Source of the DNA: Candidatus Atelocyanobacterium thalassae
GTDB lineage: Bacteria > Cyanobacteriota > Cyanobacteriia > Cyanobacteriales > Microcystaceae
Direction of reading: 5' to 3'
Length of the DNA stretch: 64,000 nucleotides
Assembly (NCBI GenBank): GCA_051971635.1
Contig: JBFPLN010000003.1
Coordinates: 192,001-256,000 of the forward strand
A program made the position numbers and the translations under genes. Below the pieces are notes generated by a model. The model did no database searches. It saw only the letters and a list, made by a program, of their open reading frames with translations, and was not told the origin of the DNA. This document shows, one piece after another, positions 35,571 through 45,888 of this stretch. How positions within the stretch are numbered: the stretch's first letter is position 1; each line of letters opens with the position of its first letter.

Positions 35571-35671
35571 TTTATCCTTTCTTTATTTAATTCTGGATAC
35601 TAACTAAAAAACCCTATCTTTACGATAGGGTTTTTTAGTTAGTATCCAGAATTAAATAAAGAAAGGATAAA
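35571..35671. repeat. Perfect 48-bp inverted repeat with a 5-nt loop, immediately 3' of the porin gene; contains an embedded terminator-like hairpin
   Basis: 35571-35618 is the exact reverse complement of 35624-35671; core AAAAAACCCTATC-TTTAC-GATAGGGTTTTTT. Confidence 0.92.
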
Positions 35672-35678
35672 TTAACAT

Positions 35679-37670
35679 CTAGAAGGAGAAGGTTCCACGA
35701 AGAGTACCGACTACTTCGTCATCTGCGCCTTGAATGTTAACAAATTGATCGGGATTTGCAATCCAAATAACACCAGGAGTAATGGAAATATTATCAGTAA
35801 GTTGATATCTATAGAAAACTTCAGCAGTTACAGGGTTACGGCTAGGTAGTTCGAAGAAACCACTGTTACGTCCTAGATAAGGACGTTGACGTCCACCTTG
35901 ATAAGGTTGAACACCAGCAAATATACCTAGCAAGTTACCTTCCTTGAATAGATCTGGGAATGCGAATCCGCCACCACCAGTCCAAACTTCAGCACTTTTT
36001 CCTCTACCAAGAAAGCGAACATTAGTAAAAGAACCAAATGCACTAAAGTTCATCCACTCAGCAATGCGCCATGTCATTTCACCACCATAACTATTAGTGA
36101 CTTTACCACCAATATCAAATGGGTTAACTTGTAGAGGATCGTTAGCATTATTACCGTTTCCATTGAAAGTTCGTGTTGGAGTTCCAGGAGAACCTACAGA
36201 CCCTTCAGCGAAAGCATTGTTTAACTCAGAACGAGAGAAGTTAGCAAAAGAAGTTCCTACTTCACCAGGCCCAAAGGGAATACCGGATCCAAAGATAGGA
36301 CTATCAGGTTTGTGGTAAGCATGAACATATGTAAAAGCAACATTGACTAAATCAAATAAGTTTGCATTCAGTTGTGCTAATCCACCATAGTTACCATTAA
36401 ATAAACCATTTCCGCCATCACTTTCTGTATAAGGATTACCAGTAGCAGGATTAGTAGCGTTACTATTTTGGCATCCACGAACACTACGGTCTACATTCTG
36501 TCCTCCACCGTTTAGGCAAGGATCATTAGATGTTCCAGCAAGGTATCCAAAACTAACAGAAGTAGGACCAATTAAGCTCTCTAAGAAACCGACTTGGAAA
36601 CTCATACCTGCACCAGCTCCACCACCAATTCGATAAATTGGATTACGTTGAGCAAATGTACTTAGAGATCCTTTACCTCCATCAAAATCTTCAAAAAATG
36701 GATTTAATGTAGGAACGAAATGATGCCATCTTCCACCCCAAGCTGTAACATAAGTATCTAGCTTCCAGTTATCTAAGGGCTCGATAGGTGCATAATAACC
36801 AACCCAGTCAATAGTAACATCGTTATCTTCTTCATTCCGTCTAGGACCAATGTTGAAAGTTTGAGTTGCTGTAGGGTTGATTAATGTATTTTCCTTGAAT
36901 GCGATACCAATTGGTTGACCAGTAGCTGGATTAATAACTCTTAGGTTAGGTTCGGTCAAGGTAAAACGTTCGGAACCTGTACCTGTACTGGCTGACAAGC
37001 GGGTAACTAATAAGTCTTCTCCACTAAAACTAGTGTTGAAGCTTAATCTAATACGATCTTGTAAAACAGCTTGATTATCTTCAGAAGAACGACTACCACC
37101 AGCTGCTGTTGCTGCCATGATAACTTCACCGACTAATTTGGTAGTGGTAGAAAATTGATGATCTTCTAAGAAAGATACACGTCCTTCTAAATTATCAACT
37201 CGAGCACCTAATGCAGCTAGCTCAGCTTCAAATTCTTGCATTAAGCGTTTGAGCTTTTCAATATCTTCTCTTAATACAGCAACATTTTCTTGAATCAAAC
37301 GCTCCATAGTGTTTAAACAAGCATTTAATCCAGCTGCAAACTCCCAACGTGATGTTGCGCGATTACCTCTAAAGGTACGATCAGGGTAGCCGACAATACA
37401 ACCGTAACGTTCTACTAGGCTTCTTAATGCTTCATAGGCCCAATCAGTAGGAGCTACATCGCGTAGTTCACTGACACTAGTTACCTGGTCGTTAGTATTT
37501 AGTTGACCTTCTTGACTATAGTTCTCTAATTTCTCTAATAGAATGTCTTGACCTTTTGCGATTTCAATGTCAGACAGTCCTTCGGCCGCATTGGCAGGAG
37601 CAGAGATTGATAATACTGCACCCATTAAAGCTGGACTTACCAGCAGAGTTTTCCATAATAATTTTAGCAT
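35679..37670 (-). CDS. SLH-domain outer-membrane porin (Som/OprB-type, 'iron uptake porin' family)
   Basis: Signal peptide, VTSVSELRDV.PTDWAYEAL SLH domain, coiled coil, FSTTTKL.GE, C-terminal LRGTFSF. Confidence 0.94.
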   Translation of the reverse strand: MLKLLWKTLLVSPALMGAVLSISAPANAAEGLSDIEIAKGQDILLEKLENYSQEGQLNTNDQVTSVSELRDVAPTDWAYEALRSLVERYGCIVGYPDRTFRGNRATSRWEFAAGLNACLNTMERLIQENVAVLREDIEKLKRLMQEFEAELAALGARVDNLEGRVSFLEDHQFSTTTKLVGEVIMAATAAGGSRSSEDNQAVLQDRIRLSFNTSFSGEDLLVTRLSASTGTGSERFTLTEPNLRVINPATGQPIGIAFKENTLINPTATQTFNIGPRRNEEDNDVTIDWVGYYAPIEPLDNWKLDTYVTAWGGRWHHFVPTLNPFFEDFDGGKGSLSTFAQRNPIYRIGGGAGAGMSFQVGFLESLIGPTSVSFGYLAGTSNDPCLNGGGQNVDRSVRGCQNSNATNPATGNPYTESDGGNGLFNGNYGGLAQLNANLFDLVNVAFTYVHAYHKPDSPIFGSGIPFGPGEVGTSFANFSRSELNNAFAEGSVGSPGTPTRTFNGNGNNANDPLQVNPFDIGGKVTNSYGGEMTWRIAEWMNFSAFGSFTNVRFLGRGKSAEVWTGGGGFAFPDLFKEGNLLGIFAGVQPYQGGRQRPYLGRNSGFFELPSRNPVTAEVFYRYQLTDNISITPGVIWIANPDQFVNIQGADDEVVGTLRGTFSF

Positions 37671-37680
37671 TTTCAGCTTT

Positions 37681-37690
37681 TCCTCACACC
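37681..37690 (-). promoter_or_regulatory. GGTGTGAGGA box at the porin ribosome-binding site (putative Yfr1 target site)
   Basis: Plus strand TCCTCACACC, 10 nt upstream of the porin ATG; Som porin mRNAs are established Yfr1 targets. Confidence 0.8.
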
Positions 37691-37989
37691 TTTAAATTGA
37701 CTATAAAATAATAGCCTCACTCACATTTCTATAATACACAATTTTTTGGAAAATAGTGGGAAATAAGTTTAATTTTTGTATATATTTTCTAAAATCATGT
37801 ATTTACCAACTAATTTATAGATATTTCTATACAAGATTTTAATAATTGAGATTTGCACTACTTTTATTTGAAATAATTTATTTTTGTTTAATCAGGTCTA
37901 TTTATGGATTATGTTTGTAAGAATATATCCATTGGTACTAAATTAAATATTCTATGATACCTTATCAATTTTAATGATTTATAGAAAAC

Positions 37990-39255
37990 ATGAGTATTGA
38001 TTCTTTTTTGCTACCTTTTCAACGTTTTGGGGTTCACTTAGGACTTGAGCGTATTAACGCTTTACTAACTAAGTTACAAAATCCTCATCAAGATATTCCT
38101 ATTATTCATGTTGGAGGAAGCAACGGTAAAGGATCGGTCTGTGCTTACTTATCGTCAATATTAATTGAAGCTGGATATAAAGTAGGACGTTATACATCTC
38201 CTCATTTAATAGATTGGACAGAAAGAATTTGTTTAAATAATGAACCAGTATCACAATCACGTTTAGAAGAGATACTTACTAATATTCAATATTTAGTTCT
38301 TAATAATAATATTCTTCCCACTCAATTTGAAGTTATAACAGCTGCGGCATTAACTTATTTTAAACAAGAAAAAGTAGATATTCTTATTATGGAAGTTGGC
38401 CTAGGTGGACGTTTAGATGCTACTAATATTTGCCAATCACCTTTAGTAACGGTTATCACGTCCATTAGTTTAGAGCACTGTCAAAATTTAGGTCCAACCA
38501 TAACAGATATTGCTCGAGAAAAATCAGGAATTTTCAAACCTAGCTGTCCAGTAATTATTGGCAAAGTCCCTTACGAAGCTCAAGCTATATTTATATCTCA
38601 AATAAATGCCTTAAATTGTCCTAGTGTTTGGGTTCAACCATCAATCTTTACTCAACATAATTCAGCTATTTATGAGAATATTGAATATTCTTTACCGCTA
38701 TCAGGGGAAGCTCAATTAAATAATTCAGCTATATCAATAGAAGTAGTTAAAACTCTAAAACAAAAAGGATGGAATATTCCTATTAGTTGTATTAAAGATG
38801 GTATCCGAAAAACTTCATGGAGAGGAAGACTAGAATGGCTAAATTGGCAAGGTATATCCTTACTGGTAGATGGCGCACATAATCCAGATGCTGCAAGAAT
38901 GTTACGCAATTATATTGATAATCTGGATAGACCTGTTAAATCTGTTACTTGGATAATAGGAATTATAAGTACTAAAGAACATGATAAGATCTTCGAAGAA
39001 TTGTTAAGAGATGACGAAACTTTATACTTAGTTCCTGTTCCCAATCACTCTAATATAGAGTCCAAAAGCTTGGTAAGTCCTATAATTGGTAGTTGTGTCA
39101 GGTTAAAAGAAATTAGAATCGAAAAAACATTAGAATCCGCTCTAAAATTAATTATTAACAAGCAATCCAATGATGATTTAGTTGTTTTATCTGGTTCTTT
39201 ATATTTAGTTGGTTATCTTTTAAAGATTATAGAATTTCCTAACTCTAAATATTAA
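37990..39255 (+). CDS. folC: Folylpolyglutamate/dihydrofolate synthase
   Basis: HVGGSNGKGS, YTSPHL, EVGLGGRLDATN, DGAHNP, SGSLYLVG. Confidence 0.95.
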   Translation: MSIDSFLLPFQRFGVHLGLERINALLTKLQNPHQDIPIIHVGGSNGKGSVCAYLSSILIEAGYKVGRYTSPHLIDWTERICLNNEPVSQSRLEEILTNIQYLVLNNNILPTQFEVITAAALTYFKQEKVDILIMEVGLGGRLDATNICQSPLVTVITSISLEHCQNLGPTITDIAREKSGIFKPSCPVIIGKVPYEAQAIFISQINALNCPSVWVQPSIFTQHNSAIYENIEYSLPLSGEAQLNNSAISIEVVKTLKQKGWNIPISCIKDGIRKTSWRGRLEWLNWQGISLLVDGAHNPDAARMLRNYIDNLDRPVKSVTWIIGIISTKEHDKIFEELLRDDETLYLVPVPNHSNIESKSLVSPIIGSCVRLKEIRIEKTLESALKLIINKQSNDDLVVLSGSLYLVGYLLKIIEFPNSKY

Positions 39256-39259
39256 GAAA

Positions 39260-40015
39260 ATGTTTTATGTTGCCATATTAAATTCCCTAGAAACTGACCT
39301 TTACTTTCTTGAACAATCTGCTGATAAATTAGTTTCTGCTCAACTAGGACATATTAATTTTTTAGGTTTTATCATTATTTTTTTGGCAGGACTTTTAACT
39401 AGTTTAAATCCATGCGTTGTGTCTATGCTGCCAGTTACTATTGCTTATATTAATTGTCACGGAGCTCAAAAAAAGCTCCAAGGATTTATTCAGTCTATTT
39501 TATTTTCTCTAGGCTTGGCAACAACATTAGTATTACTGGGAATTGTTGCAGCATCATTAGGTAAAATTTATGGACAGATAGGAATACAATTGCCTATTTT
39601 TGTAAGTATAGTCTCTATAGTAATGGGTTTTAACCTATTGGGACTGGTCTCGTTTCAATTCCCTTCTATAAGAGCAGAAAACTGGTTTATTAATAAATTT
39701 AACTTAAGAGTCCGTACCTATCTTTTTGGTATGACTTTTGGCTTAGTGGCTTCTCCTTGTAGTACGCCAGTACTGGCAACTTTGTTAACTTGGATTACTA
39801 GTACACAAAATTTGGTTCTGGGTGCAAGTGTATTATTCGCATATACAATCGGATATGTATCACCTCTAATTTTAGTAGGAACTTTTACTTCGATCCTTAA
39901 ACAAATGCTATACATTCGCCAATGGACAGCAATTGTTAATCCAATTAGTGCCGTTTTATTAATAGTATTTGGCATATTTTCTCTGCTATCACATGTATCA
40001 TTAAACTATTTTTAA
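39260..40015 (+). CDS. ccdA: Cytochrome c biogenesis protein CcdA
   Basis: GLLTSLNPC and ASPCSTPVLA cysteine motifs, about 6 TM helices. Confidence 0.92.
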   Translation: MFYVAILNSLETDLYFLEQSADKLVSAQLGHINFLGFIIIFLAGLLTSLNPCVVSMLPVTIAYINCHGAQKKLQGFIQSILFSLGLATTLVLLGIVAASLGKIYGQIGIQLPIFVSIVSIVMGFNLLGLVSFQFPSIRAENWFINKFNLRVRTYLFGMTFGLVASPCSTPVLATLLTWITSTQNLVLGASVLFAYTIGYVSPLILVGTFTSILKQMLYIRQWTAIVNPISAVLLIVFGIFSLLSHVSLNYF

Positions 40016-40124
40016 TAATAGATCTATGTAAAAATGTTAAGTATATTAATTTATTATTCTGTTTTTAAGAGAAATAAAAAAGCTGAATATGTCTTAGCCA
40101 ATAAAATCCAAAACAATTTAATTT

Positions 40125-41477
40125 ATGATTATATCTAATTTTCCTATGACGCTAAATAAAGTTTCCTTAATGAAGTTGAGATTTTGGAGAATAATTAGAG
40201 TAATTACTGATATACGTTTAACAATTGTTTTATTATTGGTAATAGCTTTATTTAGTATTAGTGGAACCTTAATAGAACAAGAAAGAAGTTTGGAATTCTA
40301 TCAAAAAGCTTATCCTGATTCACCGGCTCTATTTGGATTCTTAACATGGAATCTAATTTTGAAAGTAGGTCTAAATCATGTTTATAGTACTTGGTGGTTT
40401 TTATTTTTATTGGTATTATTTAGTACAAGCTTAATTTTATGCACATTTACTCGTCAATTGTCTGCACTAAAAGCCGTAAATAAATGGAGATTTTACAAAA
40501 AGCCTTATCAATTTCAAAAATTAGCACTAAGTTCAGAGTTGAAAGTTAAGAAAATAATCCCTGTTATTAATATTTTAAAAGCAAAAAAGTATAAAATTTT
40601 TCAAGAGAACAACACTATTTATGCTCGTAAAGGGATATTTGGAAAAATAGGACCTATCATCGTACATCTTGGAATATTAGTAATATTGTGTGGCTCGGTT
40701 ATTGGCTCTTTGACAGGATTTTTAGAACAAAAAATGATTCCTAGTGAATCTGAGTTTAAAATCGATAGCAATCTCAATTTAGGACCTTTCTCCACTTCAC
40801 AGAGTCCCAGAAATTGGAAAGTTAGAGTTAATCGATTTTGGATTGACTATAATTCTCAAGGAGCAGTTGATCAGTTTTATTCAAATCTATCTATCATAAG
40901 CGATAAAGGAAAAGAGTTAAAAAAAGAGACTATCTATGTAAATAAGCCATTACATTACAACGGCATTAGTATATATCAGACTAATTGGGGCATTTCATCC
41001 GTTCAAATTCAAATTAATGATGGCAATATTTTTCAACTTCCTATGGCGCTTTTAGAAGATAGTAGCCAAGCTAAAATGTGGGGTACTTGGATTCCGTTAA
41101 AATCTGACTTAAGTGAAGGAATTTCTCTAGTTACTAAAGATTTACAAGGAACTATGATTGTTTATGATCAAGAGGGAAATCTTTATAGTGCAATTAGAAC
41201 TGGAATGCCATTAACAATTAATGGAGTACAATTAAAAATTCATAAATTAATAGGGAGTACTGGGTTACAAATAAAAGCAGATCCAGGAATTCCTGTCGTA
41301 TATACAGGGTTTGGGTTATTAATACTTGGTGTAATTATGAGCTATATATCTCATTCTCAAATTTGGATACTACAGATAAATCAAACATGTTTAATTGGAG
41401 GTAAGACAAATAGATCTCAAGTAACTTTTGAGAAAGAATTGACAAATATAGTTACTTCTCTACAGTGCCTAGAATAG
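40125..41477 (+). CDS. ccsB: Cytochrome c biogenesis protein Ccs1/CcsB (ResB family)
   Basis: GTLIEQ, YSTWWF, GPIIVH, QFYS.L, VNKPL, GLQIKADPG. Confidence 0.92.
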   Translation: MIISNFPMTLNKVSLMKLRFWRIIRVITDIRLTIVLLLVIALFSISGTLIEQERSLEFYQKAYPDSPALFGFLTWNLILKVGLNHVYSTWWFLFLLVLFSTSLILCTFTRQLSALKAVNKWRFYKKPYQFQKLALSSELKVKKIIPVINILKAKKYKIFQENNTIYARKGIFGKIGPIIVHLGILVILCGSVIGSLTGFLEQKMIPSESEFKIDSNLNLGPFSTSQSPRNWKVRVNRFWIDYNSQGAVDQFYSNLSIISDKGKELKKETIYVNKPLHYNGISIYQTNWGISSVQIQINDGNIFQLPMALLEDSSQAKMWGTWIPLKSDLSEGISLVTKDLQGTMIVYDQEGNLYSAIRTGMPLTINGVQLKIHKLIGSTGLQIKADPGIPVVYTGFGLLILGVIMSYISHSQIWILQINQTCLIGGKTNRSQVTFEKELTNIVTSLQCLE

Positions 41478-41511
41478 ATTGATTTGCTTCTTTTAATTTC
41501 AATTCACAAAA

Positions 41512-41540
41512 AAACTCCCTGTTAATATAGCAGGGAGTTT
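41512..41540. terminator. Terminator between ccsB and rplL
   Basis: AAACTCCCTGTTA / TAGCAGGGAGTTT hairpin with an A-tract on the left (U-tract for rplL). Confidence 0.85.
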
Positions 41541-41566
41541 ATAGAAAAAGTTTTTGAAAGTAATTA

Positions 41567-41959
41567 TTATTTAATAGTTACTTTAGCTCCAGCATCTTCA
41601 AGCTGTTTCTTAATACTTTCAGCATCATCTTTTGAAGTTCCTTCTTTAAGAGATTTAGGAGTTGATTCAACAAGATCTTTTGCTTCTTTAAGTCCTAATC
41701 CAGTTATGGTACGAACTACTTTAAGAATAGCTATTTTTTTATCGCTAGGAAATTCTTCCAGAATAACATCAAATTCTGTTTTCTCCTCAGCAGCTTCTGC
41801 TCCACCTGCTGCAGCTGTTGCAGGTGCCATCATCATTCCACCAACAGGAGCGGAAGCACTTACGTCAAATACTTCTTCAATCTGTTTAACAAGTTCGGAT
41901 GCTTCTAAAAGACTTAAAGACTTTAGCTTTTCAATAATTTCATCAGTTACAGTAGACAT
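41567..41959 (-). CDS. rplL: 50S ribosomal protein L7/L12
   Basis: [25 protein letters not shown]. Confidence 0.98.
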   Translation of the reverse strand: MSTVTDEIIEKLKSLSLLEASELVKQIEEVFDVSASAPVGGMMMAPATAAAGGAEAAEEKTEFDVILEEFPSDKKIAILKVVRTITGLGLKEAKDLVESTPKSLKEGTSKDDAESIKKQLEDAGAKVTIK

Positions 41960-42020
41960 AGTTTAACTCCTAAATATTGTAAAAAAGTTGATAGGTAAAC
42001 AAGTTAATAATTAGATTTTA

Positions 42021-42581
42021 TTAACTTTCTTTTTTTGCTGCAACAGCAGCTAATGCACGACCTAAGGAATTTGGTATCTCATTTATACCTCTACCTAAGG
42101 AAGTTGGTATTGCATTTATTCCAATAGCAAGTTTGGCAGTAACAGAATTTATTAAGCCTGCAGTTTGTCCCATGAGCTCTTCTTTAGAAGGTAATTCAGC
42201 AATTGCTTTTACTTGTTCTTCATTTAGAGTTTGCCCTTCCATCACACCGCCACGAAAGGCAGTTTTCTTTGTTTCTTTTTTAAAAGCTTGATAAGCTCTA
42301 ATGGCACCACCTAAATCTTCTTTAACGAGAATAAAGGCTGATGATCCATTTAAAAAACTAGTGATTGGTTTCCATTTATCACTATCAATTACTGCTTTTT
42401 CCATAAAGGTATTTTTTGTTACCTTACAGATCGCTCCACTTGAGCGTAAACGATCTCTTAGATCAGTAATTTCTGCAACAGACAGACCTTGATAGTCAAT
42501 AACGAAACTTAATTCTGTTTCATTAAGTAATTCCTTTAAATTAGAAATTACCATTGCTTTGTTTTCTTTTGTCCTTCCCAT
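42021..42581 (-). CDS. rplJ: 50S ribosomal protein L10
   Basis: DYQGLSV, KVTKNT, LPSKEEL; position in the operon; strong SD AGGAGGTG. Confidence 0.97.
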   Translation of the reverse strand: MGRTKENKAMVISNLKELLNETELSFVIDYQGLSVAEITDLRDRLRSSGAICKVTKNTFMEKAVIDSDKWKPITSFLNGSSAFILVKEDLGGAIRAYQAFKKETKKTAFRGGVMEGQTLNEEQVKAIAELPSKEELMGQTAGLINSVTAKLAIGINAIPTSLGRGINEIPNSLGRALAAVAAKKES

Positions 42582-42611
42582 AATGTTCTCACCTCCTTTA
42601 TTTTTAGGAAA

Positions 42612-42738
42612 AAATAAGCCCTAGCAGTTTGCCGGGCTGAGGTCAAACTTGATAACAAAAAAATTTTTATTAAGCTTGATCCTTCAGGTCTTACCTCGGC
42701 AGGATTATTATGCTATTTGCCCCTGCTGTCTTTGATAT
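42612..42738 (-). ncRNA. Ribosomal protein L10 leader (autoregulatory cis-RNA); boundaries approximate
   Basis: Minus strand AAAGACAGCAGG...ATAATCCTGCCGAGG kink-turn-type motif in the rplA-rplJ spacer. Confidence 0.8.
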
Positions 42739-42769
42739 TAACCAAAGTTTAATTTTCAATTTTAAGATT

Positions 42770-43486
42770 TTAACTATCTTCTAACTTCAAATCTCGTAAG
42801 GCATTAATATCTACTTGGATAGACGGACCCATAGAGGCAGAGACATATATGCTACGCCAGTAACGTCCCTTTGCCCCAGAAGGCCTTTGTTTATCAATGG
42901 TATCCTGTAAAGCCTTTAAATTAGTTAATAACTCTTCAGGAGAAAAGGATGCCTTGCCAAATATAACATGAACAATACCAGTACGATCAGCACGAAATTC
43001 CAATTTACCTGATTTAAATTCAGAGATTGCTTTTCCTAGATCAGAGGTAACAGTTCCTCCTTTTGGTGATGGCATTAAACCACGAGGTCCAAGTGCACGA
43101 CCAAGCTTAGCAACTTTAGGCATCATATCAGGAGTTGCTATTAAAACTTCGAAGTCCATCATTCCTTTTTGAATTTCATCAATAAGATCTTCTGAACCTA
43201 CTATGTCTGCTCCAGCATTGCTTGCTTCTTGGACTTTCTCTCCTTTTGCAATAACAGCTACTCGAATTACTTGACCTGTTCCATTAGGTAAGGAAACAGT
43301 CGTTCTTAACTGTTGATCAGTATATTTAGGATCTATTCCTAAACGTATATGGGCTTCTGCCGATTCGTTAAATTTAGCAGTAGCAGTTTCTTTTAACAAC
43401 TGTAGAGCTTCAGTTGGCTGATAAGATTGTTTTTGATCAATCCTAGATAAGGCTTCTTTGATTCGTTTTGAGAGTTTTTTAGGCAT
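42770..43486 (-). CDS. rplA: 50S ribosomal protein L1
   Basis: [30 protein letters not shown]. Confidence 0.98.
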   Translation of the reverse strand: MPKKLSKRIKEALSRIDQKQSYQPTEALQLLKETATAKFNESAEAHIRLGIDPKYTDQQLRTTVSLPNGTGQVIRVAVIAKGEKVQEASNAGADIVGSEDLIDEIQKGMMDFEVLIATPDMMPKVAKLGRALGPRGLMPSPKGGTVTSDLGKAISEFKSGKLEFRADRTGIVHVIFGKASFSPEELLTNLKALQDTIDKQRPSGAKGRYWRSIYVSASMGPSIQVDINALRDLKLEDS

Positions 43487-43547
43487 ATCTATGTTTTGGG
43501 TATTAGTGAAGTTTTCTTCTCCCCTTAAAAATCAACTTGATTTTTGC

Positions 43548-43973
43548 TTAATCTTTGATGATTACGCCCATATTACGAGCAGTTCCTTCAACAATATTCA
43601 TTGCTGCATCAATATCATTAGCATTAAGATCAGGCATCTTAGTTTGGGCAATATCCTTAAGCTGACTATGAGTGATACTACCTACTTTTTCTTTATCTGG
43701 CTGACTTGAACCTTTCTCAATTCCCGCCGCCTTAAGAATAAGTACTGAGGCTGGTGGAGTTTTAAGAACGAAGGTAAAACTACGATCTTCATAGACAGAG
43801 ATTTCAACAGGGATAATCATTCCTGCCTTATCTGATGTCTTAGCATTATATTCTTTACAAAACGCCATAATATTAACACCACGCTGTCCTAATGCTGGAC
43901 CGACAGGAGGTGCAGGGTTAGCCTTTCCTGCAGGAAGGGCAAGTTTAATTAAGGCAACAACTTTTTTCGCCAT
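43548..43973 (-). CDS. rplK: 50S ribosomal protein L11
   Basis: [30 protein letters not shown]. Confidence 0.98.
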   Translation of the reverse strand: MAKKVVALIKLALPAGKANPAPPVGPALGQRGVNIMAFCKEYNAKTSDKAGMIIPVEISVYEDRSFTFVLKTPPASVLILKAAGIEKGSSQPDKEKVGSITHSQLKDIAQTKMPDLNANDIDAAMNIVEGTARNMGVIIKD

Positions 43974-43975
43974 CG

Positions 43976-44596
43976 CTAATTTTGCTTCTCAACTTGATTA
44001 AATTCTAGCTCAACCGGGGTATCTCTTCCAAAAATCGAAAGTAATGCTCTTAGTTTATTCCTTTCAGAACTAACTTCTACTACTTCTCCTTCGAAATCTT
44101 TAAATGGACCCGAGAGTACCACAATTTTGTCACCAACTTCCATATCAATTTTAATGATAGGTTCTGGTTGTTCTGTCTGTCTGAAAATTCGTTCTACTTC
44201 TGATGGGCTAAGAGGAAGCGGTTTTACGTGTCCACGGCCTCTACCGGAAGCTCGACGCTGTTCAGAACCAACAAAGTTAATTACATTGGGGGTACTTTTT
44301 ATGACCAACCAAGTGTCGTCATCCATGATCATTTTGACTAGTATGTAACCGGGGAATACTTTTTCTTCTCCCTGCTGACGACTGCCATCCTTACGCACTT
44401 TGATTGTTGGCGTTTTTGGAATTTGAATTTGTAATATATTTCCAGCTTTGTCCAAGGTTTGAACTCGCTGTTCTAAATTACTTTTTACTCGTTTCTCACA
44501 ACCAGAAGCTACTTGCACAGCATACCAGCGAGCAACAGGTTTCTGTGCATCTGAGAATTGTTCTGAATCTGGTGAATGATCATAAGTATAATTCAT
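43976..44596 (-). CDS. nusG: Transcription termination/antitermination factor NusG
   Basis: [21 protein letters not shown] domain [19 protein letters not shown] overlaps the secE stop (TAATG). Confidence 0.97.
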   Translation of the reverse strand: MNYTYDHSPDSEQFSDAQKPVARWYAVQVASGCEKRVKSNLEQRVQTLDKAGNILQIQIPKTPTIKVRKDGSRQQGEEKVFPGYILVKMIMDDDTWLVIKSTPNVINFVGSEQRRASGRGRGHVKPLPLSPSEVERIFRQTEQPEPIIKIDMEVGDKIVVLSGPFKDFEGEVVEVSSERNKLRALLSIFGRDTPVELEFNQVEKQN

Positions 44597-44823
44597 TAAA
44601 ACACCTTCCCTGATCCCCAAGTAAAGAAATTATCTACGAGATAAATTACGGTAGCCACAAGACTTACCATTAGAATAACAGCAGCAGATTCACTTAATAA
44701 CTGCTGTTTTGAGGGCCAAACAATTTTAGCCAGCTCTTCCTTTGTATCAGCTACAAAGTTTCTTGCTTTGGTATCGCCCCTAGCCTGTTTTAAATCTCTT
44801 TTAGACTCTTCTTTTCTTGTCAC
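44596..44823 (-). CDS. secE: Preprotein translocase subunit SecE
   Basis: ELAKIVWPS plus a single TM helix; directly upstream of nusG. Confidence 0.95.
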   Translation of the reverse strand: MTRKEESKRDLKQARGDTKARNFVADTKEELAKIVWPSKQQLLSESAAVILMVSLVATVIYLVDNFFTWGSGKVF

Positions 44824-45008
44824 AATGATCTTTTCCCAACATAAAACGACGGTTTTTATTACTGTATTGGATTCTTAGACTTGAGAACCTAGGGACTTTA
44901 CTCCCGTTAAATTCGGAATATTTTAAGTAACCCGAATATTGCTTCTAACCATTTACCAATTAATTGATAAATAATTTTGTCTTAAAAGTACCGCATACCA
45001 ATACAGGA

Positions 45009-45082
45009 TCGGAGCGGCGGGATTTGAACCCACGACCCCTACTACCCCAAAGTAGTGCGCTACCAAGCTGCGCTACGCCCCG
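45009..45082 (-). tRNA. trnP: tRNA-Pro(GGG)
   Basis: Minus strand CGGGGCGTAGCGCAGCTTGGTAGCGC..CTACT-TTGGGGT-AGTAG..GGTTCAAATCC..GCTCCGA. Confidence 0.97.
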
Positions 45083-45098
45083 ACATTCACAGAGATGT

Positions 45099-45128
45099 AT
45101 TATACACCTATTGCTATAATAAAAGCAA
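45099..45128 (-). promoter_or_regulatory. Sigma70-type promoter for trnP (possibly reading on into secE-nusG-rpl)
   Basis: TTGCTT-18 nt-TATAAT on the minus strand, upstream of the tRNA. Confidence 0.6.
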
Positions 45129-45651
45129 CTTTAAATATATTTAAACTTTTAATTAGCTCACATTATTTATCAACAACTTCAATAACAATTTTTTTATTAA
45201 TGTATTAAAGCGAAGTTTCAAGCAGTAAAAATTTGGGAGTCTTTTCATTACCAGTAACTAAGACTACAGTGCTTAATAACATTTACAGCTATATTAATTT
45301 GTTGAAAAGATTAAATTTCAAGTATTGCCCTTGCTATCTAGTATCTACTTTTTGCTTTCTAAGGTTAATTACTTTTACTAATAATCTTATGTATTTATAA
45401 ACAATATAAAATATATAAAAAGTAAATAACTATAAATTTAATTTGTTTGTTTTAGCTAATATTTTGTTTAATAATTAATACGGGTAAAAAACTAAGAATA
45501 AATATCTTAATTAACTCAATAAAATTTAGCGAATTTTTACTGTTAAAATCTCTCTCTTTAGAGTAAATAACTAGTAATATCATGAAAGATAAGACTAACA
45601 AATTTTATTACATACTGATAAAATTTGTTAGTCTTATTTTCTGTGATATCG

Positions 45652-45888
45652 TTAATCTCTAACATCGCTAATAATTTCTGGTTGAGTCAGCTCATCTGAC
45701 ATTTCAATAATAGCCCGAACTGCTGGCTTCATATGAGCGTTATCAATATTATCAAACTCTTCATAACGACGGCGTTTCGCTCTAATAGCTACTTGTACCG
45801 TTATACGATAACGATTAGGTGCCGCATCAAGTAGCTCTTGTGAACAATACATAATCTGGGAAGAATCAAAAGAATATTTTTTTAGCAT
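45652..45888 (-). CDS. rpoZ: RNA polymerase omega subunit
   Basis: [36 protein letters not shown], cyanobacterial omega. Confidence 0.93.
   Translation of the reverse strand: MLKKYSFDSSQIMYCSQELLDAAPNRYRITVQVAIRAKRRRYEEFDNIDNAHMKPAVRAIIEMSDELTQPEIISDVRD

Noticed and set aside
35571..35671. MITE or IS remnant
   Set aside because: No internal sequence, no target-site duplication, no second copy in the window; the other hairpins share no sequence with it
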